Virus record (IMG/VR): IMGVR_UViG_3300012940_000021
Location: 1-63,911 of that record
Source of the DNA: a virus
Taxonomy: Duplodnaviria; Heunggongvirae; Uroviricota; Caudoviricetes
Reading direction: 5' to 3' (one strand)
Length of the DNA: 63,911 nucleotides
The notes under the pieces were generated by a model. It ran no database searches. It worked only from the letters and a program-made list of their open reading frames with translations, and was not told the DNA's origin. The translations under genes were made by a program, and so were the position numbers. Within the stretch, counting starts at the first letter, position 1; each line of letters opens with the position of its first letter. Positions 24,073 through 34,567 of this stretch are shown piece by piece.

Positions 24073-24270
24073 CTAGGTCGAAAGCGAAGTTCCGTAGCGC
24101 TCCTTGATCTGCTCGATGATCCGCTCCATATCGTCCTCGGTGTGGTCTCGGCACTGCAACCACGCCTTGCCGTCGATGAGGCACTTCCAGCTCGGGTCGA
24201 AGACGAACTTCACCATCTGGACGCGCTTGCGGATCTGCTCCCACTGCGCCCGAGAAATCTTCTGCGTCAC
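24073..24270 (-). CDS. Hypothetical protein
   Basis: GTGA overlap with upstream stop. Confidence 0.6.
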   Translation of the reverse strand: MTQKISRAQWEQIRKRVQMVKFVFDPSWKCLIDGKAWLQCRDHTEDDMERIIEQIKERYGTSLST

Positions 24271-24596
24271 ACCACGCTCGACTCGGCGTCACGAGCGGCG
24301 TCGAGTCGCTCCTCCTCGGTCTGGTCCGGCTCCGGCATCGAGACCTCCGCCCGAGCGTTGACCGTCACGTCGTGCTCCCCGATCTCCACGTCGATCACCG
24401 GGATGACCGCCTCGAAGACGCTGGAGTCGATGGTGATGTTCAGCCGGGTGATGATCTCGCCGGGATCGGTGTAGGGCTTCCCCCGGCGAATCTTCTCGAC
24501 TCGGAAGTCCGTCACTGGACGGATGCCGTTCTCGTCGGGGCGACCGAACTTGGTCGGCTTCAACACGAGAAACAGGCTGTCGTGCAACGTGGTCAT
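24267..24596 (-). CDS. Hypothetical protein
   Basis: AAGGAGG RBS after a TATCAC promoter. Confidence 0.7.
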   Translation of the reverse strand: MTTLHDSLFLVLKPTKFGRPDENGIRPVTDFRVEKIRRGKPYTDPGEIITRLNITIDSSVFEAVIPVIDVEIGEHDVTVNARAEVSMPEPDQTEEERLDAARDAESSVV

Positions 24597-24669
24597 GTGG
24601 CCTCCTTCATGTGTGATACGCCGCAAATGGCTAAGGGGCCAGCCGATTGCTCGACTGACCCCTCCGGCC

Positions 24670-25431
24670 TCAGGCACCCATGCGGTGCCGTCCTCCCTTC
24701 TTCTTGCGGCTGTTGCGGCGAGAGACCATGCGCTGGAGGCGACGCTCCTGGCGGCGGATCTCCGGGATGCGGGGGCGGACCAGCTCGTACTCGTCGGGGT
24801 CCAGGAAGTCCTCCCACTGGTCCGTGGGGATGTCCTGGACCTCTTCGAGCAGCGACTCGATGCGCTCCTCACGCGAGGGCGTGTAGTCGAAGTCGTCGTC
24901 CTCCCACCAGCGGTCGTCGTCCCCGAGGAACGTCGAGCCGAGGCGAGGGGCGGTGCCCCCGTAGTTCACGTGCTCCGACGCCGACCGGGGACGGTAGCCC
25001 CTGGGGTTCGAGGCGGAGTACGCGCCGTACCACCCTCCGGCCCGGCCCACCCGCTGGGTGGCCGACCAGATGGTCATGAGCACGCTGTGGTACTCCTTCG
25101 CCTTCTCCGGCACCTTGCCGGTCTTCTTGCGCGGACGCTCGGCGGTGTCCTTGAACTTCCGGTAGTCGATGTCGAGCATCGCCCGCTTCATCGCCTCCGC
25201 GAACGCCTCGGGCGTCGCGTAGAACCGGCAGGTGTAGTCCGCGAACGGGGTGTCCTCGACCTCCGAGATGTCGAGTCCCTCACCGTAGTTCTCGATGAAG
25301 TTCTCCAGGTGCGACCGCAGACGACCGCGAACCTGCATCGTCCGGCGTCCGAGAGTGAGCTTCGGGTCGGCCTTGTCCATGGGCGCGAGGGACGGCATGA
25401 GCATGCTGTCCGAGAGAAAGATCCAAGCCAT
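24670..25431 (-). CDS. Hypothetical protein (253 aa)
   Basis: AGGAGG RBS after an operator-1 promoter. Confidence 0.75.
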   Translation of the reverse strand: MAWIFLSDSMLMPSLAPMDKADPKLTLGRRTMQVRGRLRSHLENFIENYGEGLDISEVEDTPFADYTCRFYATPEAFAEAMKRAMLDIDYRKFKDTAERPRKKTGKVPEKAKEYHSVLMTIWSATQRVGRAGGWYGAYSASNPRGYRPRSASEHVNYGGTAPRLGSTFLGDDDRWWEDDDFDYTPSREERIESLLEEVQDIPTDQWEDFLDPDEYELVRPRIPEIRRQERRLQRMVSRRNSRKKKGGRHRMGA

Positions 25432-25493
25432 GATGGCCTCCTAACACTGTTGACCTACCATCAAGAGTAGCAGGCTAGGATGGCAATTGCAAT

Positions 25494-26126
25494 CTACTGC
25501 GGGATCGGCAGGCTCCGGTAGAAGTCGCGGTAGTCCTGAGCCTCGCGCAGGTGGGCCTCCACGTCCGCCATGGCGCGGTGGAGCTTCTCCTCCCCGTAGG
25601 ACTTCGGGGCGTAGTTGACCAGGCGACGCCCGGCGAGCGCAGTGGAGACTCGGCGCTCGATCCCGATGTCGAACGGGAAGTAGTTCACCCACGAGGCGAG
25701 CAGGGGCATCTTGGCCTTGATGAGCGGGAGGTCGAAGCGAGCGACCCCGGACCCCGCGACCGCGAACTGCCGCTTGTCGAAGGTGGTCTCGGTGCGCAGG
25801 ATCTTGTCCACTTCGGCATCCACGTCGGCCAGCGTCATCGTGGCCTTGATGGACTCCTCGATGAGTCCGTTGGTGCGGTGCATGGCCTTGACCTCGGGGT
25901 TGTTGCGGAGCGAGTCCGCCGCCTCCCTGGTCATCTTGATGACCTCGTAGTACCCGGAGACCTCGATGTTGAGGGCCATGTCGGTCACGATCATGGCGAA
26001 CTCCAGGACGTGGACATCCCGGAAGTCGATGAGGCCGTCGCCCTCCTTGGGCAGGCTCGTGGTCTCCATGTCGATCCAGAGGAGCTGGAGCGGCTGGGAG
26101 TAGTCGGCCATCTGGTGGCTCTCCAA
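25494..26126 (-). CDS. Oligoribonuclease-like DEDDh 3'-5' exonuclease
   Basis: LLWIDMETTSL, EFAMIVTD..L, AGSGVARFD, HRAMADV. Confidence 0.75.
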   Translation of the reverse strand: MESHQMADYSQPLQLLWIDMETTSLPKEGDGLIDFRDVHVLEFAMIVTDMALNIEVSGYYEVIKMTREAADSLRNNPEVKAMHRTNGLIEESIKATMTLADVDAEVDKILRTETTFDKRQFAVAGSGVARFDLPLIKAKMPLLASWVNYFPFDIGIERRVSTALAGRRLVNYAPKSYGEEKLHRAMADVEAHLREAQDYRDFYRSLPIPQ

Positions 26127-26194
26127 ATCTTGTTTCAGGAAACTGAGTCCGGCCCCCGCCGATGCAGGGCCATCAACGGGGGCCGGGGTCGGAG

Positions 26195-27361
26195 CTACGC
26201 GATTGCCGGGACGACGATCTCGTAGGGGTTCTGGGCGTCGGGGTCGGCCTGGTGGCCCTCGCGCCAGACGCGGGCCTTCAGCGTGTCGAAGACCTCGGTC
26301 GGCAGCGCGCCGCCGATGCGCATGAGCCGGTCACGACGACGGTCCTCCATGTCGGCCTCGTTGGCCACCTGGGTGATCGCGTTCATGATCGAGTACATCG
26401 TGAGGGTCTCCGACTCCAGGAGCCGGGCCATGATGGTGTCGCGCTGCGAGACCGGGACCTCGTACTCGCGGAAGATCTCGCGGAGCACGTCGGCGGTGTT
26501 GCCCGCGACGTTCAGGTGGGCGAGCGCCTGGACCTGATCGAAGCGGTGCTCCAGCCCGCCGAGGACCTCATCGACCGTCTGACGCGCCCACTCGTACACG
26601 TCATCGTTCTGGCCGTCGGAGCGGCGGCTCCAGGCGTCGATGCCGTCGAGCATGGTCGTCGCGCCATTCGTACACCACCACCGGAAGAGGTACGCCTCCA
26701 GGCTCGTCTGCTTCTTGCCGATGAGCGAGTTGGTCAGGTGCAGGCCCGCGAACCACACATCCTGGCCGTTGTCCGGCACGTCGTTCATGGCCGTGTCGAT
26801 CATCGTCCGCTCCTGGGTCGGCACGATGAACCGCACGTCCGTCTGCTGGAGCGAGTTGTGGAACTTGTAGTCCACGAACACGTCAGCGCCCTTGCCGTGC
26901 CGGTGCTCGATGCCCTCGACCACCTTCTCGACCAGAGCGAGGTTCGAGAACGGGACGACGGTCGGGCGCGTGAACGCCGCGATGTTGTCGCCCACCGAGA
27001 GCACCGAGTACTCGGCATCGCCCATGCCGCCCGAGTAGTGGTAGTTGAGCAGGCCCTCGATCAGGTGCGCCGGGACCCGCTTCATGTAGGGGCCGGGGAT
27101 GCCGAAGTTCGCGCCCGCCTGGAGCGCAGCCTCCTTGGTCATCTGCTTCTCGACGCCGTTGATCGACATGAACGCACCGACGACCTCGGTGTTCTGCAAG
27201 GCGTCGATGCCGTGTGCCCAGTCCGGCTGGAGCTTGAACTTCGTCTTCGCGTCGGAGCTGAGATGCGCCGTCGTCAGCGGCTCCGTCTTCTGGAGCTGCG
27301 TCATCGCCTGATCGACGGTCAGCAGCTTGTCCTTCATCTGGTCGAGAGTGACAGTGGCCAT
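26195..27361 (-). CDS. DUF932-like phage protein
   Basis: LHLTNSLIG...AYLFRWWCTNGA motif. Confidence 0.55.
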   Translation of the reverse strand: MATVTLDQMKDKLLTVDQAMTQLQKTEPLTTAHLSSDAKTKFKLQPDWAHGIDALQNTEVVGAFMSINGVEKQMTKEAALQAGANFGIPGPYMKRVPAHLIEGLLNYHYSGGMGDAEYSVLSVGDNIAAFTRPTVVPFSNLALVEKVVEGIEHRHGKGADVFVDYKFHNSLQQTDVRFIVPTQERTMIDTAMNDVPDNGQDVWFAGLHLTNSLIGKKQTSLEAYLFRWWCTNGATTMLDGIDAWSRRSDGQNDDVYEWARQTVDEVLGGLEHRFDQVQALAHLNVAGNTADVLREIFREYEVPVSQRDTIMARLLESETLTMYSIMNAITQVANEADMEDRRRDRLMRIGGALPTEVFDTLKARVWREGHQADPDAQNPYEIVVPAIA

Positions 27362-27428
27362 GGGGGGTGTCCTTTCAGGATCGTTCACAGGGTGATACGC
27401 CCCATGATTTCGAAAAACAAGGGTAGGG

Positions 27429-28685
27429 CTAGATTTCCACCCGATTGCCATCCGCCGCGCTGGGGATCAACTCGTCCAGCTCGTCGGGCGTCACTTCGTC
27501 ATCATCCTCGTCCGCCGACACCACCCGCACGGGTGCGACCTTCTTCAGGCTGTCCTGGTTCTCCTTGGCGACCTGATCCGCGTAGGTCACGAGAAGCTCG
27601 GCCCACTCGGGGTGCTCGTCCGCCATGGCGAAGACGCGCTTCTCGCCGTGGAGGTACGGACGCTCGGTCCCCTTCGACTCACGGGGCATCCAGTCCGGCG
27701 CTCCGCCGATCTCCGCCACGTTGTGGAAGTAGTACCGGCTGGCGTTGTAGATGACCTTCTTGTTGGCGAGCAGGATCTGCATGGCCGTCCAGAACGGGTC
27801 GAAGCCCTTGCCGAAGCGGACGCGCACGATGGCCTCGCGGAAGGGCGGGGCCACCTTGTTCTTCATCACCTTGACCTTCACGTCGGTGGCGATGGGGATC
27901 TCCTTCTCCTCCATGAGGGTGGGGTCGATCACCGTGCCCTTGATCTGCCGCACCGGGCGGAACTGGACGCGCACGCTGGCGAAGTACTTCAGCGCGAGTC
28001 CGCCCGGCGTGGTGGTCGGCGTCGGCATGCCGGGGCGGCGAGCCGCCGACATGTCGATGACCTCCTTCTCGTGGTTGATGAAGATGACCGTGCCGTTGTT
28101 GTTCTTCAGCACCGAGTTGAGCGTGACGCCGAAGTTCTTCATGAGCTTGGCCTGGACGGCGGGCAGCGACTTGCCCACCGAGTCCGCCTCGGCCACGGCG
28201 CTCGGGTTCATGGCAGCCACCGAGTCGAAGATGGCGAACCGGACCTGGCCGGTGCCGAAGGCCGCGAGCGCGAAGTCCGCCCCCTCCTCCAGGGTGTCCG
28301 GCTGGGTGAACTGGAACGACGGGTGCTCCATGTCGAGTCCGAGTGCCTGCGCGTACTCGGGGTCCATGGCCTGCTCGTAGTCGAAGTAGAGCAGGGCGTC
28401 GTCCGGGCCGATGCCGAGCTTCGGGTCGCCGCCCGCCTTGATGATCCGCTGGATGGCGATGGCCACCTGCATGGCGAGTGTCGTCTTGCCGCAGCTCGGC
28501 GGACCGTAGAACTCCAGCGTGCGGCCCTGGGGGATGCCGCCACCGAGCGCGTAGTCGAGCGCGGTGTTGCCGGTCGAGAGGAAGGTCGTGTCCGACGTGA
28601 TGAGGCCCATGGGACCCACCGTGAGGTTGTACTTCTTCTCCGCCTGAGCGAGGAGGGTCGAGAGGGCGTTCCGGGGCGCGGCCAC
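27429..28685 (-). CDS. recA: RecA-like recombinase
   Basis: LSTGNTALDYALGGGIPQGRTLEFYGPPSCGKTT; IFDSVAAM; GGLALKYFASVR; KVMKNKVAPPFR. Confidence 0.92.
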   Translation of the reverse strand: MAAPRNALSTLLAQAEKKYNLTVGPMGLITSDTTFLSTGNTALDYALGGGIPQGRTLEFYGPPSCGKTTLAMQVAIAIQRIIKAGGDPKLGIGPDDALLYFDYEQAMDPEYAQALGLDMEHPSFQFTQPDTLEEGADFALAAFGTGQVRFAIFDSVAAMNPSAVAEADSVGKSLPAVQAKLMKNFGVTLNSVLKNNNGTVIFINHEKEVIDMSAARRPGMPTPTTTPGGLALKYFASVRVQFRPVRQIKGTVIDPTLMEEKEIPIATDVKVKVMKNKVAPPFREAIVRVRFGKGFDPFWTAMQILLANKKVIYNASRYYFHNVAEIGGAPDWMPRESKGTERPYLHGEKRVFAMADEHPEWAELLVTYADQVAKENQDSLKKVAPVRVVSADEDDDEVTPDELDELIPSAADGNRVEI

Positions 28686-29017
28686 TACTCTGCCTCGGCA
28701 TTCGGAATGAGCGGGACAACCCCGGTGAAGCGCATCTGGCGCACGCGCATGATGAACTCCAGCCGCCCGTGCTTCTCCGGGTCGTACTTGACGCCCGTCA
28801 ACTCCACGGCCTTCTGGAACTTGGCCTGCGCGAACTCCTGGCCCTTTCGAGTGGAGAGGTCGGTCTGATCCGCGACGTAGGCCATGACCCGGCCTGAGCC
28901 GAAGTGCTCCAGTCCGTCCGGGGTGCGGTAGCCGTACTCGATCTGGTCGTACTCCTCGTTCCATCCAACATCGACGTACTCGCCGTGCTGGATGACGCGA
29001 ATGTCCTTCTTGCCCAT
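28685..29017 (-). CDS. Hypothetical protein
   Basis: AAGGAG RBS. Confidence 0.7.
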   Translation of the reverse strand: MGKKDIRVIQHGEYVDVGWNEEYDQIEYGYRTPDGLEHFGSGRVMAYVADQTDLSTRKGQEFAQAKFQKAVELTGVKYDPEKHGRLEFIMRVRQMRFTGVVPLIPNAEAE

Positions 29018-29030
29018 GACCTGGGTCTCC

Positions 29031-29627
29031 TTAGATGTAGGCGGGGGACACGCCCTGGAGGGAGCGGAACTGCTCCGGCGACATCGACCGAACGAACTCG
29101 CTCATGAGGAACGCGCTCACGTAGTCGGTCATCGCCTTCTCCAGCGGGGCGGTGTCCTTCTTCAGAATCTTCTTGCCCTCGGGCAGCGAGTCGATGTACT
29201 GCTGCACGAGGTCGGGCGGCTCGTAGCCGAGATTGGCAGCGTGCTGGCGAGCCTGCTCGATGCGGTACTTGTCCGACTCGGCCTTCGTCAGGCCCTTCGG
29301 AGCGCGCTGCACGCCGGGGAACATCCTCATCCAGGCGCTGGGGTCGAGGAACGCGACCTTCTCCAGCACCGGATGCAGGACCGCGATCATGACGCCCTGG
29401 AACTTCAGGACGGGCTTGACCATGGCCTGCGTGTACTTCGGGTTGTAGGGCACGTCCTCGATGACCACCATCTCGATCTCGTCTTCACGAGCGATGCGTC
29501 CGATCTCGGCGGCGAAGCCGAAGTGGGACTTGTTCATCGAGTCGAACTGACGGTGGACCTCGCCACTGTCACGGTCGCGCACGAGCGCCGCCGAGAACTT
29601 GGCGGCAAGGTCCACCGTCAGGATCAT
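29031..29627 (-). CDS. RuvC-like Holliday junction resolvase
   Basis: ILTVDLA (first Asp), VVIEDV, W-containing turn PSAWMR. Confidence 0.6.
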   Translation of the reverse strand: MILTVDLAAKFSAALVRDRDSGEVHRQFDSMNKSHFGFAAEIGRIAREDEIEMVVIEDVPYNPKYTQAMVKPVLKFQGVMIAVLHPVLEKVAFLDPSAWMRMFPGVQRAPKGLTKAESDKYRIEQARQHAANLGYEPPDLVQQYIDSLPEGKKILKKDTAPLEKAMTDYVSAFLMSEFVRSMSPEQFRSLQGVSPAYI

Positions 29628-29636
29628 CGACGTGTC

Positions 29637-30713
29637 TCAGTCGAGGTCGGCCAGGAGGTCATCGAAGTTGTCCGGGCCGCTGGAGGTCTCCTCCGGCTCG
29701 GGCTTCGCCTCGGCCTTCTTGGCGGCGGTCCGCTTGGGCGCGGCCTTCGCCTCCGGCTCTGGAGTCTCCTCCTCCTCGTCGGAGGTCGAGGCCCCGTCCG
29801 GGGTGAACTCGTCCAGCCCGGCGAGCAGCTCGTCGGCGTCCTCCGAGTCTGGAGTCGTGGTGACCTCGGCCTCCGTCTTGCCGTCGGCCCACTTCTCCTC
29901 CTCCGGCTCGCCCTTGTCGAGCAGGTTGGAGAGGTCGGCGTCGAGGTCGCTGGTGTCCACGTCCGCCTCGGCCCCGTTGATGGTCGCCCAGGCTTCGAGG
30001 ATCGCGCCGATGTCCTGCTCGACCCACTGCTTCTGCTTGACCGACCCCGCCGCGATGGTGAGGTCCGGGATGAGGTTCTCCTTGAAGGTCTGCGCCGTCA
30101 GCGTCTGGCGCTCCTTCGACTCCAGCCACGCCGCCTTGGCCGCGACCGTGATGTCGAACTGCTGGAAGGTCTCGTTGGTGCAGGGACCGAGCAGGAGGTC
30201 GTGCTTGCGCAGGTCGCCCCACTCCTCCTTGAAGTCCACGAGCTTGTTGAAGGTCTTGTCCGTGAAGGACCAGACCAGGCACTCGACGTTGAATGGAGTG
30301 ATGAGGTCCGTCGTGCCGCCCTTCGTGCGGTAGCGGATGACGTGCATCGCGTACCGACGCTGCGGCGGCTGCGTGTAGTCCGAGTGCTGCTGGGCGAGCT
30401 TGCACGCCGGGCAGTTCTTCGGGTCGGACCCCTTCTCCGCGAGGATGGTGGCGTCACCGAGGCAGATGGGCCGCGACACGAAGTCCATCTTGTACTCGGT
30501 CGTCTTCACGCCGGTTCGGTCGTTGATGACCTCCACCTTCTGAGGCACGCCGTTCACGATCTGCGGCTTCCGCAGCGTGTGGACGTACTCCACGATGGGG
30601 TCCTCCAAGCCGACGAGGATGCGGGCGCGCTCGCCCTGCTTCAGCTTCAGCTTGGGGAAGTCGTAGTTGGTCGTGGCGACCTTGTTCTCCGACTTGAACT
30701 CGACTCTGGGCAT
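29637..30713 (-). CDS. Putative single-stranded DNA-binding protein (gp32-like)
   Basis: Cys cluster ICLG...CPAC; long acidic C-tail; replication context. Confidence 0.6.
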   Translation of the reverse strand: MPRVEFKSENKVATTNYDFPKLKLKQGERARILVGLEDPIVEYVHTLRKPQIVNGVPQKVEVINDRTGVKTTEYKMDFVSRPICLGDATILAEKGSDPKNCPACKLAQQHSDYTQPPQRRYAMHVIRYRTKGGTTDLITPFNVECLVWSFTDKTFNKLVDFKEEWGDLRKHDLLLGPCTNETFQQFDITVAAKAAWLESKERQTLTAQTFKENLIPDLTIAAGSVKQKQWVEQDIGAILEAWATINGAEADVDTSDLDADLSNLLDKGEPEEEKWADGKTEAEVTTTPDSEDADELLAGLDEFTPDGASTSDEEEETPEPEAKAAPKRTAAKKAEAKPEPEETSSGPDNFDDLLADLD

Positions 30714-30841
30714 CTTCGTTTCTCGTTTCTACTGGTTACGTGGGTGGTCGGGACTCGACCACAGGTGGGTTACGTGGATGACTCTAGTGGGTCGCCACGA
30801 CATTCGAATCACCTTTCGAGGGACGATTCGAACTGGAGTGC

Positions 30842-31339
30842 GTGCAGTTGCGCACGCAGGTCTTTGCGGATGCCGTCGAGCTGCCAGTGGACCTGGCTGA
30901 TGACCTCGTAGGCGTCCTGGGTCACGCTCACCAGGCGGTCCCCCTGATGAGCGATTCGGCGCTCCTCGAAGGAGTCGAGCTTGGCCTCGGCCTCGCGCTC
31001 CTTCCCGCTGGAGAACTCGACGCGGCGCGCTGCACGTTGCACCGCTGCTTCACTCAGTGCTCGGTCGGCTGCGAAGGCTGCTTCCTCCTTGGCTCGTCGG
31101 GCGCGCCCTCGGGCGAGGGTCGCCTTGCTCAGCAACTCGTCCACTCGGTCGGACCGCGTGCGGACTCGGCGCAGAAGATTCTGGATCTCGACCGGGGTCT
31201 CCTGAGGAGATCCCTTGATGGGGCCGTCGGGGTCTCCAGCCGCCCCGTGGCGCAGCTCCAGGGCCTCGGTGACCCACGTCAGGACGCGCTGCTCCAACTC
31301 GTTGAAGGGCACGTCGTAGGCAGCCAGCTCGGTCGTCAC
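30842..31339 (-). CDS. Coiled-coil hypothetical protein
   Basis: GTGA overlap with the polymerase stop. Confidence 0.65.
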
Positions 31340-34062
31340 AGCGCGAGGCCCTCCGTCACGAGATCCCCGTCCACGGTCTCTGCCGCGATGTGCAGGTCCG
31401 CACCCCCGAGGATGAGACTGAGCTGCGCCTGGTGCTCCCTGGTGAGGCTGTGCCTGGTGTCGAACTCCAGGTTGCCCTCTGGAGTCTCCAGCACCACTCG
31501 GTCCTTGCCGGGGTGCTGCTCCAGGAACGCCTTGAAGGCCGTCCACTGGTTCTCGTCCGGCATGTCGCTGATGGTCACCGTGGCGATCTGGGAACCGTCC
31601 TCGATGTAGCGCTCTGGAGTGTGCCCCCAAACCGGTTCCTGCTCCGGGATCATCCGCGACTCGTCCCCGAGGAGGTCGTCCAGACCACGAACCTCCCGGC
31701 CCCCGCTCTCCTGCCACGGGCTGGGCGGATTCGGCTCGTCATCCGTGTCCAGGGGAGGCCCCGGCTGGCTTGGAGCCTGGGGCGGCTCTGGAGTCTTCTC
31801 GTCCCGAGCCGGGAGCACGAAGCTCGGGTTCCGGGTGGCGTAGTAGCTCGCCGCCGTGCCGAACTGCTGCCACTCCCAGGCGTAGTACTGGTCGAGCACG
31901 TCGTGAAGGGTCTCGCCCTCCCACTCGTGGGTCTCCTTGGCCCACGGCAACTCGTACTCCAGCGAGTAGCCGGAGATCTTCTTCTCGGCGTCGAGCTGGA
32001 TCTCCGCGACCGCGCCCCACTGGTAGCCCTCGTGCCAGTCCGCCTTGATCTCGACCGGCAGGCCCTTCACCGGGAAGGACACGCACGGGTTGATGAGGTC
32101 GATGACCGTCTGCGTCGGCACGGACTCGTGGACCAGGAACTCCAGGGCGTCGTGGATCGTGAGCGTGAGCCGGATGCCGTTCTTCGGGATGCGGCCATCC
32201 CGCTCGGCCCGCTTGATCGCGGCGGCGGCGCGCACCATGCCGATCTTCAGGTAGTCGGCAGCGCCGCCCTGGACTGGAGCGTTGACGCACATGCGGTCGC
32301 CCTTGGACCTGATCCAGTCACGGTGGTCCTTGTACTCCCAGACGGTGAACTTCCGACCGAAGAGCGTGTGGACGAAGCCCTGCTCGCGGCCTTCTGCGAT
32401 GCGGGTGTCCATCCAGTTCCGCAGGCCCGAGAACGCCTTGAAGTACCTGTCGAGCATCCCCTGCGCGTCTTCTTTGGTGACCGGCGCATCTGGAGAGGTC
32501 AGCATCTCCGCGATGTTCCCGGCCCCCGAGCCGTAGACCACGGCGAAGTTCAGCGTCTTGCCGATGGCGCGCTGCTTCTTGGTGACCTCGGCCAGCGGCA
32601 CGTTCATCATCGAGGAGGCCGTCGCCTTGTGGATGTCCACGCCGGAGGCGAAGGCTTCGAGCATCGCCCGCTCATGAGCCATGCCCGCAAGCACGCGCAG
32701 CTCGACCTGGCTGAAGTCGAAGCCGACGATGCGGTACTCGGGGGGCGCGATGAAGAGGTCCCGGAAGTTGAGGTCGAAGGTCGTGCCGTCGTCCAGCTCG
32801 AAGTGGTAGGGCTTCGGCCACTGCTGGTACGAGACCTGATCTACCGACATGCGCCCGGTGAGCGCTCCGAACTGGTTGTGGTTCGGGAAGACGTGCCCGG
32901 TGCCCGCGTAGTTCAGCTCGTTGAGGAACTTGTTCAGGTAGGACCCGAAGAGCTTGATGACCTGCCGCCACTCCAGAATCTTCTTGATGGTGGGATCGCT
33001 CTTGGCGATGACCTTCAGGGCGTCGTCGCTCGTGCTCGGGTTGTTCGTCTTCTCCGAGCGCATCTTCACTGGAAGGCCCAGGCCCTCGGGCTGGGGGTCG
33101 TAGAGCACCTTCGAGAGCTGCGGCACCGAAGCGAGGTTGATGCTTACGACGCGACCCAGGCGCTCCGAGAGCTGGGCCTGGATCTCCTCGTTCATCCGCT
33201 TGCCGAATGCCTCGACCTCGGCAGCCTTCTTGGCGATGGCGGGCCAGTCGAAGTACATGTTCCCGAGGGCGCGCCCGGTCTCTGGATCGACCGGACCCAG
33301 CTCCATCTCGCAGAGCACCGGAAGCAGGCCCATCTCTGTCCTGTAGATGAACTGGTTCTCCCAGTCCGGGTTGTGCTTCTGGAAGACCATGAGCGCCGCC
33401 ACCGAGTCCTCGCAGGCGTAGTTGATGACCTTCGGGTGGCGGGAGTTGCGGGTGTTGAAGCGGACGTACTTGGTCTTGCCCCGCTTGGTCCCTGGACCCA
33501 GGTCAGAGTCCTCGGGCGGGAACAGGTCCATGAACTTGGTCATCTCCAGGCCGAAGGCGTCGAGCGCGACGGACTTCAGGTCCTTACCGATGCGGAGCGG
33601 GTCGTACTCGGCGGAGAGCCAGACCTGGAGCTGCGAGTCGGACAGGATCGGGAAGAACCCGTTCGACGCCCGGACCGCCTCACCGATCTCGGGGTCGTGC
33701 CAGAAGTTCTCCCGGAACCACCGGGACATGCCCTTCAGCTCGTAGGCCGCGTTGTGCGCGACGCCTCGGCCCGTGTTGAGCATGCGCCAGAGCGCTCGGC
33801 CCACGGCGAGGATGTCGTCCACGTTCCCGTCGTCATCGTGCGCGAGCGGGATGTACCGCGCCCACTCGGTGGAGACCGTGAAGGAGATGCCGACGACGAT
33901 GTAGTCCGGGTGGAACTGCTGGAGGGCGACGCCCTCCTTGTCTGGACCGGTGTACCCGGCCTCGATGTCGAAGGCGATGGGGAGGCCGGAGTCGATGCAC
34001 CGCTCGATGAAGGCGATGGCCTTCTCTGAAGTTCGGATGGCCCCGTAGTTCCGGTCGCTCAA
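31336..34062 (-). CDS. Family A DNA polymerase with 3'-5' exonuclease domain
   Basis: Exo FDIEAG; motif A FDFSQVELRVLA; motif B RAIGKTLNFAVVYG; motif C TIHDAL. Confidence 0.93.
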   Translation of the reverse strand: MSDRNYGAIRTSEKAIAFIERCIDSGLPIAFDIEAGYTGPDKEGVALQQFHPDYIVVGISFTVSTEWARYIPLAHDDDGNVDDILAVGRALWRMLNTGRGVAHNAAYELKGMSRWFRENFWHDPEIGEAVRASNGFFPILSDSQLQVWLSAEYDPLRIGKDLKSVALDAFGLEMTKFMDLFPPEDSDLGPGTKRGKTKYVRFNTRNSRHPKVINYACEDSVAALMVFQKHNPDWENQFIYRTEMGLLPVLCEMELGPVDPETGRALGNMYFDWPAIAKKAAEVEAFGKRMNEEIQAQLSERLGRVVSINLASVPQLSKVLYDPQPEGLGLPVKMRSEKTNNPSTSDDALKVIAKSDPTIKKILEWRQVIKLFGSYLNKFLNELNYAGTGHVFPNHNQFGALTGRMSVDQVSYQQWPKPYHFELDDGTTFDLNFRDLFIAPPEYRIVGFDFSQVELRVLAGMAHERAMLEAFASGVDIHKATASSMMNVPLAEVTKKQRAIGKTLNFAVVYGSGAGNIAEMLTSPDAPVTKEDAQGMLDRYFKAFSGLRNWMDTRIAEGREQGFVHTLFGRKFTVWEYKDHRDWIRSKGDRMCVNAPVQGGAADYLKIGMVRAAAAIKRAERDGRIPKNGIRLTLTIHDALEFLVHESVPTQTVIDLINPCVSFPVKGLPVEIKADWHEGYQWGAVAEIQLDAEKKISGYSLEYELPWAKETHEWEGETLHDVLDQYYAWEWQQFGTAASYYATRNPSFVLPARDEKTPEPPQAPSQPGPPLDTDDEPNPPSPWQESGGREVRGLDDLLGDESRMIPEQEPVWGHTPERYIEDGSQIATVTISDMPDENQWTAFKAFLEQHPGKDRVVLETPEGNLEFDTRHSLTREHQAQLSLILGGADLHIAAETVDGDLVTEGLAL

Positions 34063-34538
34063 AGGAGCACCGCCTCCTCCAGCGGGTGAACCCGCTCGAT
34101 CAACTCTTCCGCTCCCGGACCGTCCGGGATGGCTGCGTAGAACCGCACGGCTCGGGTAGCGACCGGCAGCACGATGTCGTGGCGCAGGATGTCCTCTCCG
34201 AACGCGACGATGGTCTGGCTGGGGTGGAGGTAGCCGGGCATGAGGTCGCTGCCGTCGGAGACCTCCAGTACGGGCGACACGTCGGCCCAGTCACGGTCCA
34301 GGGAGTCGAGCACGACGATGTTGTCGAGCGCCGGATTCGAGAACTGGATCGTCTGCACGATGGCGCTGGTCACCCCTTCAAGCGCGAGATGGGCCAGGTC
34401 ATCCTGACCCTCCGGGTAGACCAGAACGTGCCGGGGCAGGGAGAGCATCTCTTCGACTGCATGGTCCACGTTGACCCGGATGGCAGCGAGCGCCTGCGCT
34501 GCAAGCTCTGCTGCATCTGGAAGTGCGATGGTGCTCAC
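34059..34538 (-). CDS. Hypothetical protein
   Basis: AAGGAGGAG RBS after a TATCAC promoter. Confidence 0.65.
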   Translation of the reverse strand: MSTIALPDAAELAAQALAAIRVNVDHAVEEMLSLPRHVLVYPEGQDDLAHLALEGVTSAIVQTIQFSNPALDNIVVLDSLDRDWADVSPVLEVSDGSDLMPGYLHPSQTIVAFGEDILRHDIVLPVATRAVRFYAAIPDGPGAEELIERVHPLEEAVLL

Positions 34539-34567
34539 GGCTCCTCCTTCGTGTAGTGATACGCCGC

